A stretch of 64,000 nt of DNA, the filler included, from Dirinaria sp. TL-2023a (lineage: Eukaryota), in NCBI GenBank assembly GCA_051941275.1. It is 14 parts of 14 records of this genome, joined end to end, with 100 filler letters (N's around TTAATTAATTAA, not from the genome) between each part and the next. Parts side by side here need not be neighbours in the genome. Positions count along the whole stretch, not along the records: positions 32,260 to 36,742 come from JAVEBF010001834.1; positions 36,843 to 41,312 come from JAVEBF010001835.1; positions 41,413 to 45,881 come from JAVEBF010001836.1; positions 45,982 to 50,438 come from JAVEBF010001837.1; 10 more parts are not named here. One strand, written 5' to 3'. Below, piece after piece: positions 36,645-49,488 of the stretch. Below the pieces are notes generated by a model. It had not been told where the DNA came from. It saw only the letters and a list, made by a program, of their open reading frames with translations, and ran no database searches. Both the position numbers and the translations under genes were made by a program. How positions within the stretch are numbered: position 1 is the stretch's first letter; every line of letters starts with the position of its first letter.

Positions 36645-39149
36645 CCTTCGACTTTGAGAGCGAACGAAGGAACGTGAAGCTTCTCAGTAAAATCCTAAAC
36701 AATGGTCACGATAAATGTCCTTGCCAAATCTTTGGGGGGGAANNNNNNNNNNNNNNNNNNNNNNNNNNNNNNNNNNNNNNNNNNNNTTAATTAATTAANN
36801 NNNNNNNNNNNNNNNNNNNNNNNNNNNNNNNNNNNNNNNNNNAGCTTGACGACTGCAGTCGACGACGCTTCTTCGAAGATGCGCTACAAGAATCGAGATC
36901 TTCGAGGCTTTGTGAACTCGAATGACGAGGTGAGTGTGAGCTCTCAGAGCGCTGATCGTGGGTTGATGAAGTTGACAATGAAAATGATGATCACCGAGCG
37001 TGCTTGCTTTCAGGCAAAGCGTCGGAATCTATATCTGCAAGCGCTCGTTTGTGAGGCCTCTGAGGCTTTGAATAAAGTACATCAGTGCTCATGACGTTCA
37101 AATGTAGAAATATAAAGAAAAGAAGAAATGGCGTTGAGTGAGCGACAAGTGATTCTTCGGACCCCGTCTCCAGTGAGTTTCACAGCGAGTGACGACTGCG
37201 CGATTAATTGACTGACACGAATTGTTGTCTCAAAGCGCAAAAGCCTTGGCAAGATGCATAATTCTGAATTAGCGCCCATCCTAACCCTGCCGTAAAGGAA
37301 TGGAGTCAGAAATGAGTGTCTGCATTAGTCAATACCCAGAGACATAAAATGCATCGCGGCTTCAACGTAATTTGGTAAAGGACAATTTCTCCTCTTCTCC
37401 GAACGCGTTCTGCTTCTCAACGACAGAGTTAAAGTCTTGCTAAAAAGTTAACAGATAACGAGTAGGATGCATTCTAGAGTTATGCTAACTTATGATCGAT
37501 ACATCATACTGTTACCCACGATTTCTGCTAACGTAGAAGGTCATTGTTCGTGATCCTTCGATCGATATGTATAATATCGTCCGTTTCTGCGGATGATAAG
37601 TGCAACGAGGGCTGACACAATCGTGTCAGCTGATCTACCTCTTTGATTAAATTTAGTTTTCTCCTGATGAACTGTTGCGTCTTTGCTTTTGCTGCGTACT
37701 ACATGCTCTGAATTTGTCTGAACTACGGAAGGATGAAGAATGTTATACTGCTGCTTACCTTCGCGAATCTGAGTGACTTGGCCCTGGCTTATATAGATAA
37801 GCAGAGACCTTCATTTTTAATGTCTTTACAGTCTTGAGAACTCTGGCACCCTTAGAACCATATTCATCTAGAATTAAATCAACAGGTTCAACATCGCAAT
37901 AGTTCAGATGAAGATCGTAATACTTGTTATTTGACACAGTCGCCGAAGGATTGCTAGACTCGCAGAAAGTTAAGTCGATCACTTTCTTTACTCGAACAAT
38001 CGAGCGAGCATCGAAGAAGCTCAGAAATCAGCGAGGGCCAGAAAAGTAAATGTGATCTGAAAAATCTGTCTGCAACTTAGTCGCGATGATAAGATCACTG
38101 AATACATCATTTTATTTAAAGACTGTACTCTACGTGCACTTTAAATGGGAAGGATCTCGATAGCCTCTATGCAAGTAAAATGGATGTTTTTCTGTGCTGA
38201 CGTAGACAGTCACTACAAAGTGGTGTGTAGAGTACTGTATGATGTTAGTTTTCTGCAGCGCTTTTGATTACGGCGGATGAACTTTCCTCACTTTTGAATC
38301 CTGATGACATTTCCGCACGAAGTAATACTGACGATTCGTCAAGTGCTTTTGATTCGTATGCGCAAACGAAACTACGATTCATCGATTAATATTGAAACAA
38401 CAATTCAGTAGGCCTGTCAAAATAGCTGCTCACGTTTTACACTTTGTAGGATTCTGAGCTTTCAGTAAATAATCACAGTTCTGAAGTCTCCTCACCTCTT
38501 TCCGAACAGTCTCAGGATTAAGGAATTTCAGCGTCGGGTGGCAAAGAGTCAGAAATCGTAAAGATTGTTGAGAAGAGACGAACAAGAGGGTTCTGATTTT
38601 AAGATACGTTAGAAGAATACATAGCTGCGCAGAACAGAATTGAGAAATGCACATGACTGCTGCCACAGTCTGAGACCACGTATAAGACGCTGCGAAGAGA
38701 CAAACGAAAGAGAGTTGTATGAGCAGATAAAGGTTGGTAATTGTTTTGATGCAGACTTATCTTCTACGAACATTTATGAGTCAATCAACATCGAATTAAA
38801 CAAGTTTTAAGCTATGTCAGTTGTTTAAGATTCTCTAGCCCAGCTTTGTGCGGAAACATGCTTCAAGTGTGTTCATCTTATCGTTGACAAGATGCTAGGG
38901 TATCAAGTCAAATGATACCGATTTGATGCGACTTTTCCGAAGTCGTTCATGGAATCTTTTGCCTTTTATACCTCTGCATCGCTAGGCTTGACTTGGATTC
39001 CAGATAGAATAGGGAGGAACTTCAGAGTTAGATGCTTTTCAATATCATCTTTCAAAGTATATTAGATCAGTCTCATCGGAAAAGAATTCCTCACGAGACA
39101 ACGCTCTTTATTGATGCTTCAGATTTCTTTGGAAGATGAAGATGCTGAT

Positions 39150-41312
39150 TCAACCATCAGATACTTGTAACTTTTTCAGATTACGTCCGATCATTTTCAT
39201 TTTCGAATGATCTGAATCTCTAAGTCTTATAAAGTTATTCAGTGCTCGCTGATACATCTTCTCCGCCTCGATCAGCTTGCCCTGATCAGCGTAGAGAAGA
39301 CCCAAGTTATTGACGATGTCGAGGGTCGATATGTGCTCCGAACTCAATGCTTTCTTCTTTCCATTCAGTGCTCGCTGATACATCTTCTCCGCCTCGATCA
39401 GCTTGCTCTGATCAGCGTAGAGGCTGCTCAAGTTGTTGACGATGTTGAGAGTCATTTAGTGCTCTGAACCTCATGCTTTCTTCTTTTCATTCAGCGCTCG
39501 CTGATACATCTTCTCCGCCTCGATCAGCGTGCTCTGATCAGCGTAGAGAAGGCCCAAATTATGAAAAGTATCATTACAGTCTTCGTCTTCGATCTCATTC
39601 AGCTCCTCAGTAGTGTGAAGCTGCTGCATGCATCGATTAGCATGCGAGAGCAAGCGTCGCTGCATCACTCAGTATGCTGACTCTGATGACTCAGCCGTAG
39701 CATCTTCAACAGTGATCAGAGCAAGTCTCATCAGATCAAGCTTATCACAACTGATCGACTCGATACATCAGTCATGCACGATCGAGTGCATGAAGTAGCT
39801 TTCGATGTCTTGATGCGACTCGATCAACGAGTAGACGAGCAGTCTCTTCATCACTCTCTTAAATCTCAACTTCTGTCGAATAATATCTTGCAGTCAGTTT
39901 GAGTCTTTCGAGCCCCGACTGTCACGAATCAGCAGCTCAAATCATAGATCTTGATGATCGAGATACGCTCACAGCTGAAAAAGCTTCGTCGCTGCGAGAT
40001 TTACTTGTCTGATACGATCGTATGAGATCGTTCATGTCGTCTGCACGCTGTCATTCGTATAATCACGCATCTCAGATATCTTCGTCTGAAGTGCGAATCA
40101 TGATGTCTCGTACAGTCTAAGATAACTCTGACAGCTCGTCCTCGTCTTCTGCATGTATCGATCGACCTGAACGATGACTAGCGAAAGTTCTCTCAGTCTG
40201 ATCACGAGACTGTTCATCTCTGCGTATTCCTTAGTTCAGATAATTAGAACGAAGATCAAAGCACGTGATTATCTAATGTAGACAAACATGCTCGTACGTT
40301 ATTTCTGACAATCTGACGTTCTTGTTCTTGATCAACACTCGTCATTTTCGTCGCCGACTCATGTTCTTCAAGATGAGGAAGTCTTGTAGTGATCAGAACG
40401 GAGTCATGATCACTGACGAAAAAGAAGAACTCGATGTCATAAACTTGTTGATCTTTCGTCTCCGCCTGATAGTCTCGGTCAACGTTGTCAAAAACTAGAA
40501 GTCATCGATGATTGCCGTCACGCGCGAGTCATCGAAGAACAGCATTCGCCTTCTCTCTCAATTCCTGATCGTGTTCGATCGCGTTGATCGTCGATTTTCG
40601 TGTGTCATCGATCTCTGTATTCTTTGCAAATGCCGCAAGACTCTGCACAAGCGTATCTCGACTGTTGCCGTTTAGTCATAGAATCGCACTATATCTCTTC
40701 TGATATTTGCGAGCATATGCGATGACTAGCTGCGTCTTGTCGATGCCGTCGAGATCGCGAAGAACGTGAATCCGTCGTCGATCTCGCGCATTCGACGAAA
40801 GTAATGATCGTTCGATCGATCTCATCTTCTGATCTCGATCGACAAAGTTATCAGTAATCGACAGATCAGTAAGACGAAACGACACGCGAAAACTATTTTG
40901 TTCAGAGAAACAATGTTCTATAAGACAATACTGTTTAGAAATCGAGTATCGTCTGTTGAGAGAAGTGATTTCATATCTCCCGCACTATCTACCTTGATTT
41001 CGAGTCGTGATGAGGTCTGACGACTGCTCGATCATCTTTTCGATCACCTCGCATATCGTCTGAAAGTTCTTCTTCTTCGATCGTTCGAACTTGTTCATAC
41101 TGAAATGATTCCGCGATAGAGAGTATTTCTTCGTTGACTCGCTCTGATCTAGACAGTCAAAAGTCTCGTCGATCACAAATTTCTTTCTTCTCGATCAGTC
41201 TCGCGCTCTTTTTGAATCTCCCTCACTTATCTGAATTCGGCTCTCGCGAAGAATGGCGCTCACATTGCTCGATTTCTGCTCGAAGAAACAGACTATCTGA
41301 GTCTTGTCTTCG
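39150..41312 (-). pseudogene. Fungal NLR pseudogene (probable SesB-like hydrolase - NB-ARC - TPR), heavily hypermutated
   Basis: Degenerate Walker A DLDGIDKT (GLGGIGKT), LLVFDNVD Walker B, ELSLVI (GLPLAI) and MHSIVHD* (MHPVVHDW). Many TGA at Trp positions. C-terminal NNLGLLYADQGKLIEAEKMYQRAL TPRs. Confidence 0.92.
39241..39560 (-). repeat. 126-bp (42-aa) tandem TPR repeats with high internal identity
   Basis: AG(T/C)GCTCGCTGATACATCTTCTCCGCCTCGATCAGC recurs at 39241, 39367 and 39493. Confidence 0.92.
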
Positions 41313-41412
41313 NNNNNNNNNNNNNNNNNNNNNNNNNNNNNNNNNNNNNNNNNNNNTTAATTAATTAANNNNNNNNNNNNNNNNNNNNNNNNNNNNNNNN
41401 NNNNNNNNNNNN

Positions 41413-42264
41413 CCTCACCTCCCAATCCCTCCCCATCAAGTCATCAACCTCCCTTATCAAACCATATCCTTCAAACCGCGGCTCCGTTCGGAGTGACGCG
41501 GATCTGATCCCTCCGCCCTTGATACCGATCCAATCCCGGACCCAAGGCGCGCGCGCGTGGTTCGGCCACACGAAGCGATACTTGCTGAGCTCATTTGATG
41601 AATAGGAGGAAGAAGACAAGACCTCGACTGGATCGCGCAGAAGCGACACCGTATTGCCCCTACTGATCGGGATCTCCAACGCGATGTTCGTGAGCGAAGG
41701 CATGGCGCTCAGGAGGCGGCACAGCTGCGCGAACGCCGTGCCGTTGAAGGGGATGCGGTCGTGGTAGTGGAGCGTGACGCCGCTGAGGCGATTTCGGGCG
41801 CTCGGCAGCATCCGCGCGAGTTCGAACACGGTCTGGGAGGGGGTGTCGTGGGTGAATTCGAGCCAGGCGTTGCGGAAGAAGGTGCGCGTGGCGAATTAAC
41901 GCAGGAGCTGGTTTGTGTGTGCCAGGGGGGGCATTGCCGGTCCCTGCTGGTGGAACTGGGGCGGCTTGTTGTTGTTGTTGTGCGGAAGGTAATTGCTGTA
42001 CTGATAATAAGGGTGGTCGCTAATGGCGAGGTCGTCGCAGTACCACACGATCCTGTCGAGGATTTCTGCTGGCATACCTGTTAGGTGCGGGGATTTGGGG
42101 GGTTGCGCTGGTTCCGATGGTGTGCTTGTTGGAATTGGTTCGTGAGGGATGCTTATTATCGCGGCGAACAGGAATGCGTTCGCACATAATTCCCATGCGG
42201 CCGCCAGGAGATCCAACCCTTCACGAACAGTGGAAACGAGACGTCCTCGAATGAAACTTGCCAA
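41413..42264 (-). pseudogene. F-box-like hypothetical gene with single in-frame TAA (41896-41898); 3' truncated, start uncertain
   Basis: HLTGMPAEILDRIVWY (F-box-like)...PPLAHTNQLLR*FATRTFFRNAWLEF continues in the same frame into ORF 41365-41829. Confidence 0.55.
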
Positions 42265-42882
42265 ATGTCGACAGAGGCCCGAGATCTTGAAAAGGGTTGC
42301 CGGAAGAATTGTCGCTAGATAGCATTCGCTGAATTAGTAGGAATATGACGACGTTTCTGGTAAAGACGAACCATACAACCGGATCAGTTGGAGAACTAAT
42401 GACATGCTGCATGTGCAGAGACTGGAATGGAGCGAAGCTAGAGTCTCGGATCCGGCCGACGTTTGTATCAATCAGTCTTGAGTTGTAAGTAGGTAAGTGC
42501 ACCTTTACCTGTACATGTCTAGAATACGAAACAGAAAAAAATGCTTCCAGAGAACTATTGAACTTTGAACAGTCTTGCAACCCAAAACTAAGTCGGTTTC
42601 TCGTACTTCCTTATCACACATTTTACAACACTCTACCTTTTTTCAGAGTAACGAAAACATCCCCTAAATCTTGAACATATTCACTTGCGTTATAAAGCCA
42701 TATAACAAGGACAAATTGAGTAAATATTGTCAGATACGACACTTGCAAACACTGGATGAATTGCGTTCAAAAATCAAATCCTATCAAAAGACAGCAGTTT
42801 TGCTGTTAAGCAGACCTGGCTCTATTCCCCATCTGATATAGAGCGAAAGACAATCTGGAAATATATGTTCTTGACTCCTCTT

Positions 42883-43814
42883 TCAATGCTCAACTTTTTG
42901 GAGCGTGCCATGTTCAACGTCGTAAACATATCCGAGGACATTTGGGATGCTCAAGTACGGTGTGGACTTAAGCACATTGATGTCATCTTTGACGCTTTGT
43001 CCCATGCTGTTCATATGATAAGAATCACACGATTAGATTTGGGCCTGGTGGTTTCTGAGACGCTAAAACTTACTCTCTGATCTCCCCAAATTGCATATCT
43101 TTGATCTCGTGCCAGTGTGAGGGCGCCTTTTCGTTGACATGTGCTCGCACTTGTTCGTCGGTCGTGTTTGTCAAGCCGCAGTCTATTCTGATTGTCAGCT
43201 TGTGGAGTACGCGCATACGGTAATGGCTGCCATCTGAGTTGAGGACTATGCCGTCGCCTACGCCGTTAAATGCCTGGGCAACACAGGCTTGTCTAGTACT
43301 CGCTCGCAAGATAAAAACATGCTCGTGTGAAAGCGACGTACCAGTGTGATGGACAACCATCACAGTCTCGATTCCAGCAAGGCTATCGAGCACCATAAGG
43401 TCTTTTATCACAGAGAAGCTCACACGGCCACCACCATTCTGAATGACAACCGCCTCTGAGACCAGATTGAATTAGCGGAAGCTTTTTCTACAGTATCTTG
43501 CCATTCCACAGACATACCGCCTCTGTCCAAGCCGAAGTATTGCCATGGTGTCAATCTCATATCCATACATGAAACTGCATCCTCTCAGGTCCCACACTTT
43601 CATCAAGAAGAGGGAAGATTTTACTTATGGCTATAGCTCTAGGCGGTCGTGGTTCTTGTGCCTTCACCTGGGAAAACAAGAAAGGTGCACCAGGATAGCT
43701 GGAAGCAAAGATCCTGAGAGGGCAGTGGTGAGCACCAGGAAACGAGCATCTTCCGGCAAAGACTTCTTACTTGTTTCGCTCGAGGAGCATTGTCACCCTG
43801 TCATCCTGCGCCAT
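42883..43814 (-). CDS. Beta-class carbonic anhydrase (clade D-like)
   Basis: Multi-exon gene with SCMDMR (C-x-D-x-R), QNGGGRV, VVHHT|DCG (H-x-x-C zinc ligands across an intron) and C-terminal GYVYDVEHGTL. Confidence 0.88.
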
Positions 43815-46800
43815 TCTCTGCATAATCATAGATGACTACCGAATCCGACTTGCTCTAGCGTTTGGGCAGTAGTTGTGAAATAGCGATGATGTTTTGTCTG
43901 CTTGAAGTACTGGTATTCATGTCGCTTTCTGTTCGTGCCCAATGGCTCCTTATATCTTGCCATTTCAACTTCGCTTTGAAATCAGTTTTGAAATCAGTAT
44001 TGGCTCAACGCAGGTGTTGAAGTCGAATAAGTGTGTATGTCGACCAAATGGGCCTCCATGGTCGAAACACACCTGCGATGCCTCGGTTTCTGGGTCTACG
44101 AGGCAAGGCGCGAACTCTGTGCTCGCAGTGTGAAGGATGCTCTCGATATGATGCGCGGCAAGCATGAGGCGGTAACTGCTGTCATAATTATTTGTCCGGC
44201 CAAAGCTCGTAGGATGGTACGAAGGCGGTAAGATCCATGGACTTGGGATGCCTAACCAAGGCTGCCATTGGCAAGATTGGTAAGCACTAAGTCTGCCAGG
44301 GCCACGCGAACAGGCCTATCATGCAAAGCATTTCATGATAATCAAAATCTTCCCAGCGATCTCGATAGTTGAGAATTTTCTGCTCAGCTTAACTGGTAAA
44401 GAGTACTCGCCAGGGACAAAAATTCCCTCGTCGTAGGAGATCACTGGATCTGCGAACTGCGAACATCGGTAATTAGAAGGCTCTGTAGTCTGTAGAATCG
44501 GTGGTAGGTCTTTGAGGCCGAGGGTTGATCCGCCATTGTGGAGGGGCGCTTGTTGAGACCATGTGAGCGGGTCTGACAGGTTGCGCAGCTTACTTTACCT
44601 TTCTCACCTAAGGTAGAGCAGGCTGAACGCTTGCACCAGCCTGCAGGTAGACTTGGAGTTGGAAGTCGGAACACCGACCACACCTCTCCCTGTCTTTTAT
44701 CCCAGTCATCTTCTGAGGCTTGCAAGTTGCCGGTCTTGTGGAAATCGCTGAAAGCCGTAAAATTGCTCATCAGTCGCATGATCAGGGGCTGACCGATTAT
44801 TGCCCATTAGCCTCACGGGCTACGAGTTCTAGTTGGGGCAGCAAATTTTGCATGCATGGGGGTGAACCACTGAACATGCTCAGGAATTATTATTATCGTG
44901 GCTGCCGATCACACCGCTCCATTGAGAACCTGTTTGCCACGCAATATGGAGTTGAGCGTGTTAGCTCTGGCCTTGACGACGGACGTCCCGCAAGTGAGAG
45001 ATCTTCACATATAAACAGAATTATCTACGTCTGAAAGCCACTCTCCAGTCCCGTCTAACAGGTTGCTCACCCACCCCACGGCTTTTTCCCACGTGGAAGC
45101 AGCGAATCACAGAACCAAAGAGGTTGGAGCAGCAGTTGAAGCTAATGTAGGTTGTTTCTGATCGGGGGAATACTTGCCTGACGAGATTCGGGCGAGCAGG
45201 TGGGGTTGGCAGAGAAAACGCAAGTACGGGCGAATGGGATTTCATTGGCCGAGGGTCTGCAAGTCATAGAAAAGATCGACGACGACGATCGCTTCAAAAC
45301 GAGGTCTGGACACACCCTATTGACTCTTGACTTCTTCTAGGGGCCTCGTAGCATCAGACGGAACAAGCCACTGAGCCTCTTTCCTGTCATCCCTCCACTA
45401 CGGATGATCGGCCAACTAATGCTATTTCCAGTTCTGTCTGCAGGGTAGAGTACCTTACCTTGGAGGTATGAATGGAGGTATGATTATTATTGTGAGCGAA
45501 AGAGACTCAGAGACTACCTGTACATACCTTAGACTCTGATTGCATGCGATGTTCCTGCTTCCCTGTAAATTATTGTTTGCTCGGCAAGAGACTGAGCCCC
45601 TTCTAAGGCTCCTACAGGCTCGCATCGCTTACAGTAGATACCTCGCATTGCACATGGGGCTAAACTTACCGTAGGTTCGCGGTTCGCCCTTCGGAGGCAA
45701 AAGAACGAACAAGGCTCGAACCGTGGCGTGGCTTGGCTGGCCCTTGCAGTAAGAGTAAGTAATAATATGTACATGTAGGCAGGCTCAGGTAAGGTACATA
45801 CTGTACACACTTATGTTTGATACTACTCTACAGTAGCAGCCCACGCAGCCTTCCTCCACACCCACACCCACACCCTACACCNNNNNNNNNNNNNNNNNNN
45901 NNNNNNNNNNNNNNNNNNNNNNNNNTTAATTAATTAANNNNNNNNNNNNNNNNNNNNNNNNNNNNNNNNNNNNNNNNNNNNGCCTTACCGAGCTCCTGGC
46001 CATCGGCGTCTCCTACCCTATCCCATGGCTTGACTTTCTTTTCCACCACTCACCGCTCCTCCTCACCCTTTACTTGCGCTGCCATCACTCGTTATTCATT
46101 GCGTGAGTTCCTGGTCGACGAGTGGAATTCCTACGGCCAATTGGGAGCGTGCTGACACGCATTCGTTGTACGCCCAACAAAGCGCGCATCACCTACCTTA
46201 CCTCAGCTCAATAATAATCTCGCTCTTTCAACTGTCGCCTCTTTCGTTCCCACTACAGTCAGCCAATAGAAAAAGTAATAGCTCGTATCAAGATTAAGTG
46301 AGACGTCGCCGGTGGATCATTAGGCGAGCATTCCTCACGGTAGCCGCGTTGGCAGTCAACATCACCGAACATTCGCTTATTACTCCGGTACTGCGTGAGT
46401 ACGTCTGCGCAACGCTTCACAGCCTGTTGCACCAAGGACATTGGAAGCGTTCAACCATTTCCCACGTGCCATCACTGCTGCTACCGACATTCTCCCCCGC
46501 AATCCTATCATTGAGCCAATCTCGCAAGTGGGTAAACGGCGTTCTGGCAAGTGTGTTGGAATAGTCGCGAAGGCCGGCGTGTGAAAATCAGCCCTAGGAT
46601 GCAGTAAAGACGCAGCTCTCCTCACTCTTCTACACATCTCATCTTGGCAGCGCTCCTGAGTGTTTGTGCTCTTGGTCCTCCTGCAGGCGAAAGCGACTTT
46701 GGGGCCCATCACCTGGCGTACGAAGGATATGAAGTAAAGCTCCTCATTTGATCAGCCCTCTCAGCTCTCGTGGAAACATTGCTGGAATCGGTTCGGATTT

Positions 46801-46915
46801 ACCACTGAGGACGTTACCTTACAACCAGTTCGGCGCCATCTGCGATACAAACTGCGAGGGTTCAAAGGAGCCTGTCAGCATTCGGACGCTTTAGGAGGGA
46901 TTACGACTCGACAAG

Positions 46916-49488
46916 ATGACTGTTGCGCAAGAGTACCCGACAAGGACGTCCTCTCACACACCGGTGTCAGTATGTTTGGAAGACAAGTTCGAGATACTCA
47001 AGGAGATCGGTGATGGCAGTTTCGGCAGCGTGGCATTAGCCCGCGTCCGAACTGCCGGTGCGTATGTTGCAAGGCGAGGTAGTTTGGTGAGTATCCCATG
47101 TCTCCAGCATGGACACAGCTAAGTATATCAGATTGCTGTGAAAACAATGAAGAAGACTTTCGACTCATTCGCTCCCTGCCTCGAACTACGCGAAGTCATT
47201 TTCTTGCGATCCCTTCCAACTCACGCACACCTCGTCCCAGCGCTGGACATATTTCTCGACCCCGTGAGCCGAAAGCTGCATATCTGTATGGAGTATATGG
47301 ATGGCAACCTGTATCAGCTTATGAAAGCAAGAGACCACAAATGTTTAGACGGCAGCAGTGTGAAAAGCATTCTATATCAGATACTCGGTGGGCTTGAGCA
47401 CATTCATGCCCATAACTTCTTTCATCGCGATATCAAACCGGAAAATATACTGGTCTCGACTTCGGCGCTTGCCGAGCCTAACAACACCTTTCGTCGATAT
47501 TCGTCACTTGTGACTCCGCCTAGTACACCACCACTGTACACTATCAAGATCGCCGACTTCGGACTAGCTCGGGAAACATACTCGCAACATCCTTACACAA
47601 CGTACGTTTCTACAAGATGGTATCGAGCACCAGAGGTTCTTCTCCGCGCGGGCGAGTACTCTGCACCTGTTGATATGTGGGCTATCGGAGCGATGGCTGT
47701 CGAGATAGCCAATCTTAAGCCCTTATTTCCAGGTGGAAATGAGGTCGATCAAGTGTGGAGAGTCTGCGAGATTATGGGCAGTCCTGGGAATTGGTACGAT
47801 AAGTCAGGCAACAGAGTTGGTGGAGGCGATTGGAGGGAGGGTCAGAGGCTGGCTTCAAAGCTAGGCTTCTCTTTTCCAAAGGTACGGACTTTCCATCATC
47901 AATCACTGACATCGTCACTTATCAATTCTAGATGGCTCCACATTCGATGGAAACAATCTTACGTCCTCCACAATGGCCTGTGGGCTTGAGCAATTTCGTG
48001 ACATGGTGTTTGATGTGGGATCCACGAAATCGGCCCACGTCCGCTCAGGCTTTGAACCATGAATACTTCGCGGATGCCGTCGACCCCTTGCGACCGAAAT
48101 CATCAACTTCGCGGCTGCTTGGTCGAAAACATTCCACCATCGACTCAAAGGTACAACGAGATTCTAGCGAAATCCCGGCCCTATCGACTAAGTCTTCGTG
48201 GTTCCGGAAGTCCTTTGTTGGCAAAGAGAATTCTCCAGGCGTCCCTCCTCACAATCCGAAAACCCAGACCGTACCAACGCGGCCACAACCAGTTCACGCA
48301 ACAACCGTACATACCAATACACCCTCCGAGCCACCTCCAAGTCATAAGAACCGCCACGTTGCTAATAAAAGAGCCACTTGGACTAATGGTACGACCACTA
48401 ACATTGGAGCTCCGATGCCTATTTTACCATCGATACGACCGATCTCACCATTCTCTGCAACCGTGAATGCTCAAGCTCACACTGGGGCTGCGGACCCAAA
48501 TCACTCCAATATCCAGCATAATCCCCCTGCAGAAACAAGGGTTTCGAAGAAGATCGGTAGGCAACTGTCGGTCAATTCGCATGGCAATCATTACGGTGAC
48601 ATCCATCGTCAGGAAGCTGAACGAGCGTTAAACGGTAACGGAGAAGTTACCTCACCTAATGGTGCGCAAAAAGAAGGATTCTTCTCTCACCTACGCAAGC
48701 GTGCTAGGAGACTATCAGGGCGCCCTCAAGCACCCATGTCCCCGACACCAGATGACATCGAGGCCAATGCTGGCTGTGGGCCTTGGCAGAGCAATCGGTC
48801 ATCGCTGGCCGTGGACCCGAATCTCATGGAAATGGTCATGAAGAGGAACGATTATGAGGTTGACAGGGCGTTGCAGTCAGTCCGTCATAGTGCTGAAGCC
48901 TCGTCACCTCCTCCGAGCGTGCAGCCGTCATATAACACCAGCCAAGGTTATCCGACGCCAGGCTCTACTCCCGGCTTAGAGCGCCATACTTCTGCCACAT
49001 CCCAGACGCCTGGTGTAGCAAGTGCCGCTGGTGGTGGTCCCATATCCACACGGACAAGGAGAGCTCTTCAGCTCTCGACGCATCCTAGCAATCGATATGA
49101 AACGCCAGACGAAGAGGATGAGTTACTCCATGAGGCGCTGCACAGTGCGCAGAAAGCAGTGCGAGATGTTGATACTTGGAAAGGCTCACAAACCGCCACG
49201 CCACCTCCAGCCGCCAGTGATAAGAACACTCCAAGCAAATCATTACACCGCCCACCGGAAAAATCGATAAATCCCAATCCATATCCTACGCCGTCTCCTT
49301 CCGCGAAGAGAGAAGGCATCTTGTTCAATCAGAAACCCATCAATGAGCCGGCTTCGCCCCTAAACATCCAAAAGACCAGGTCTCAGGAAGAGGTACATCC
49401 GAAATGGCCCACACCACCGTATGATGAGAACGAATGGGCTGCATCCGCGGCAGCGAGTATATTTGCTGCCGGTTCTCTGTACCGCTGA
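46916..49488 (+). CDS. IME2: Ime2/ImeB/Crk1-family Ser/Thr protein kinase
   Basis: GDGSFG, AVK, HRDIKPEN, DFG and activation loop YTTYVSTRWYRAPE. Introns 47087-47131 and 47882-47931. Long C-terminal tail. Confidence 0.95.
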
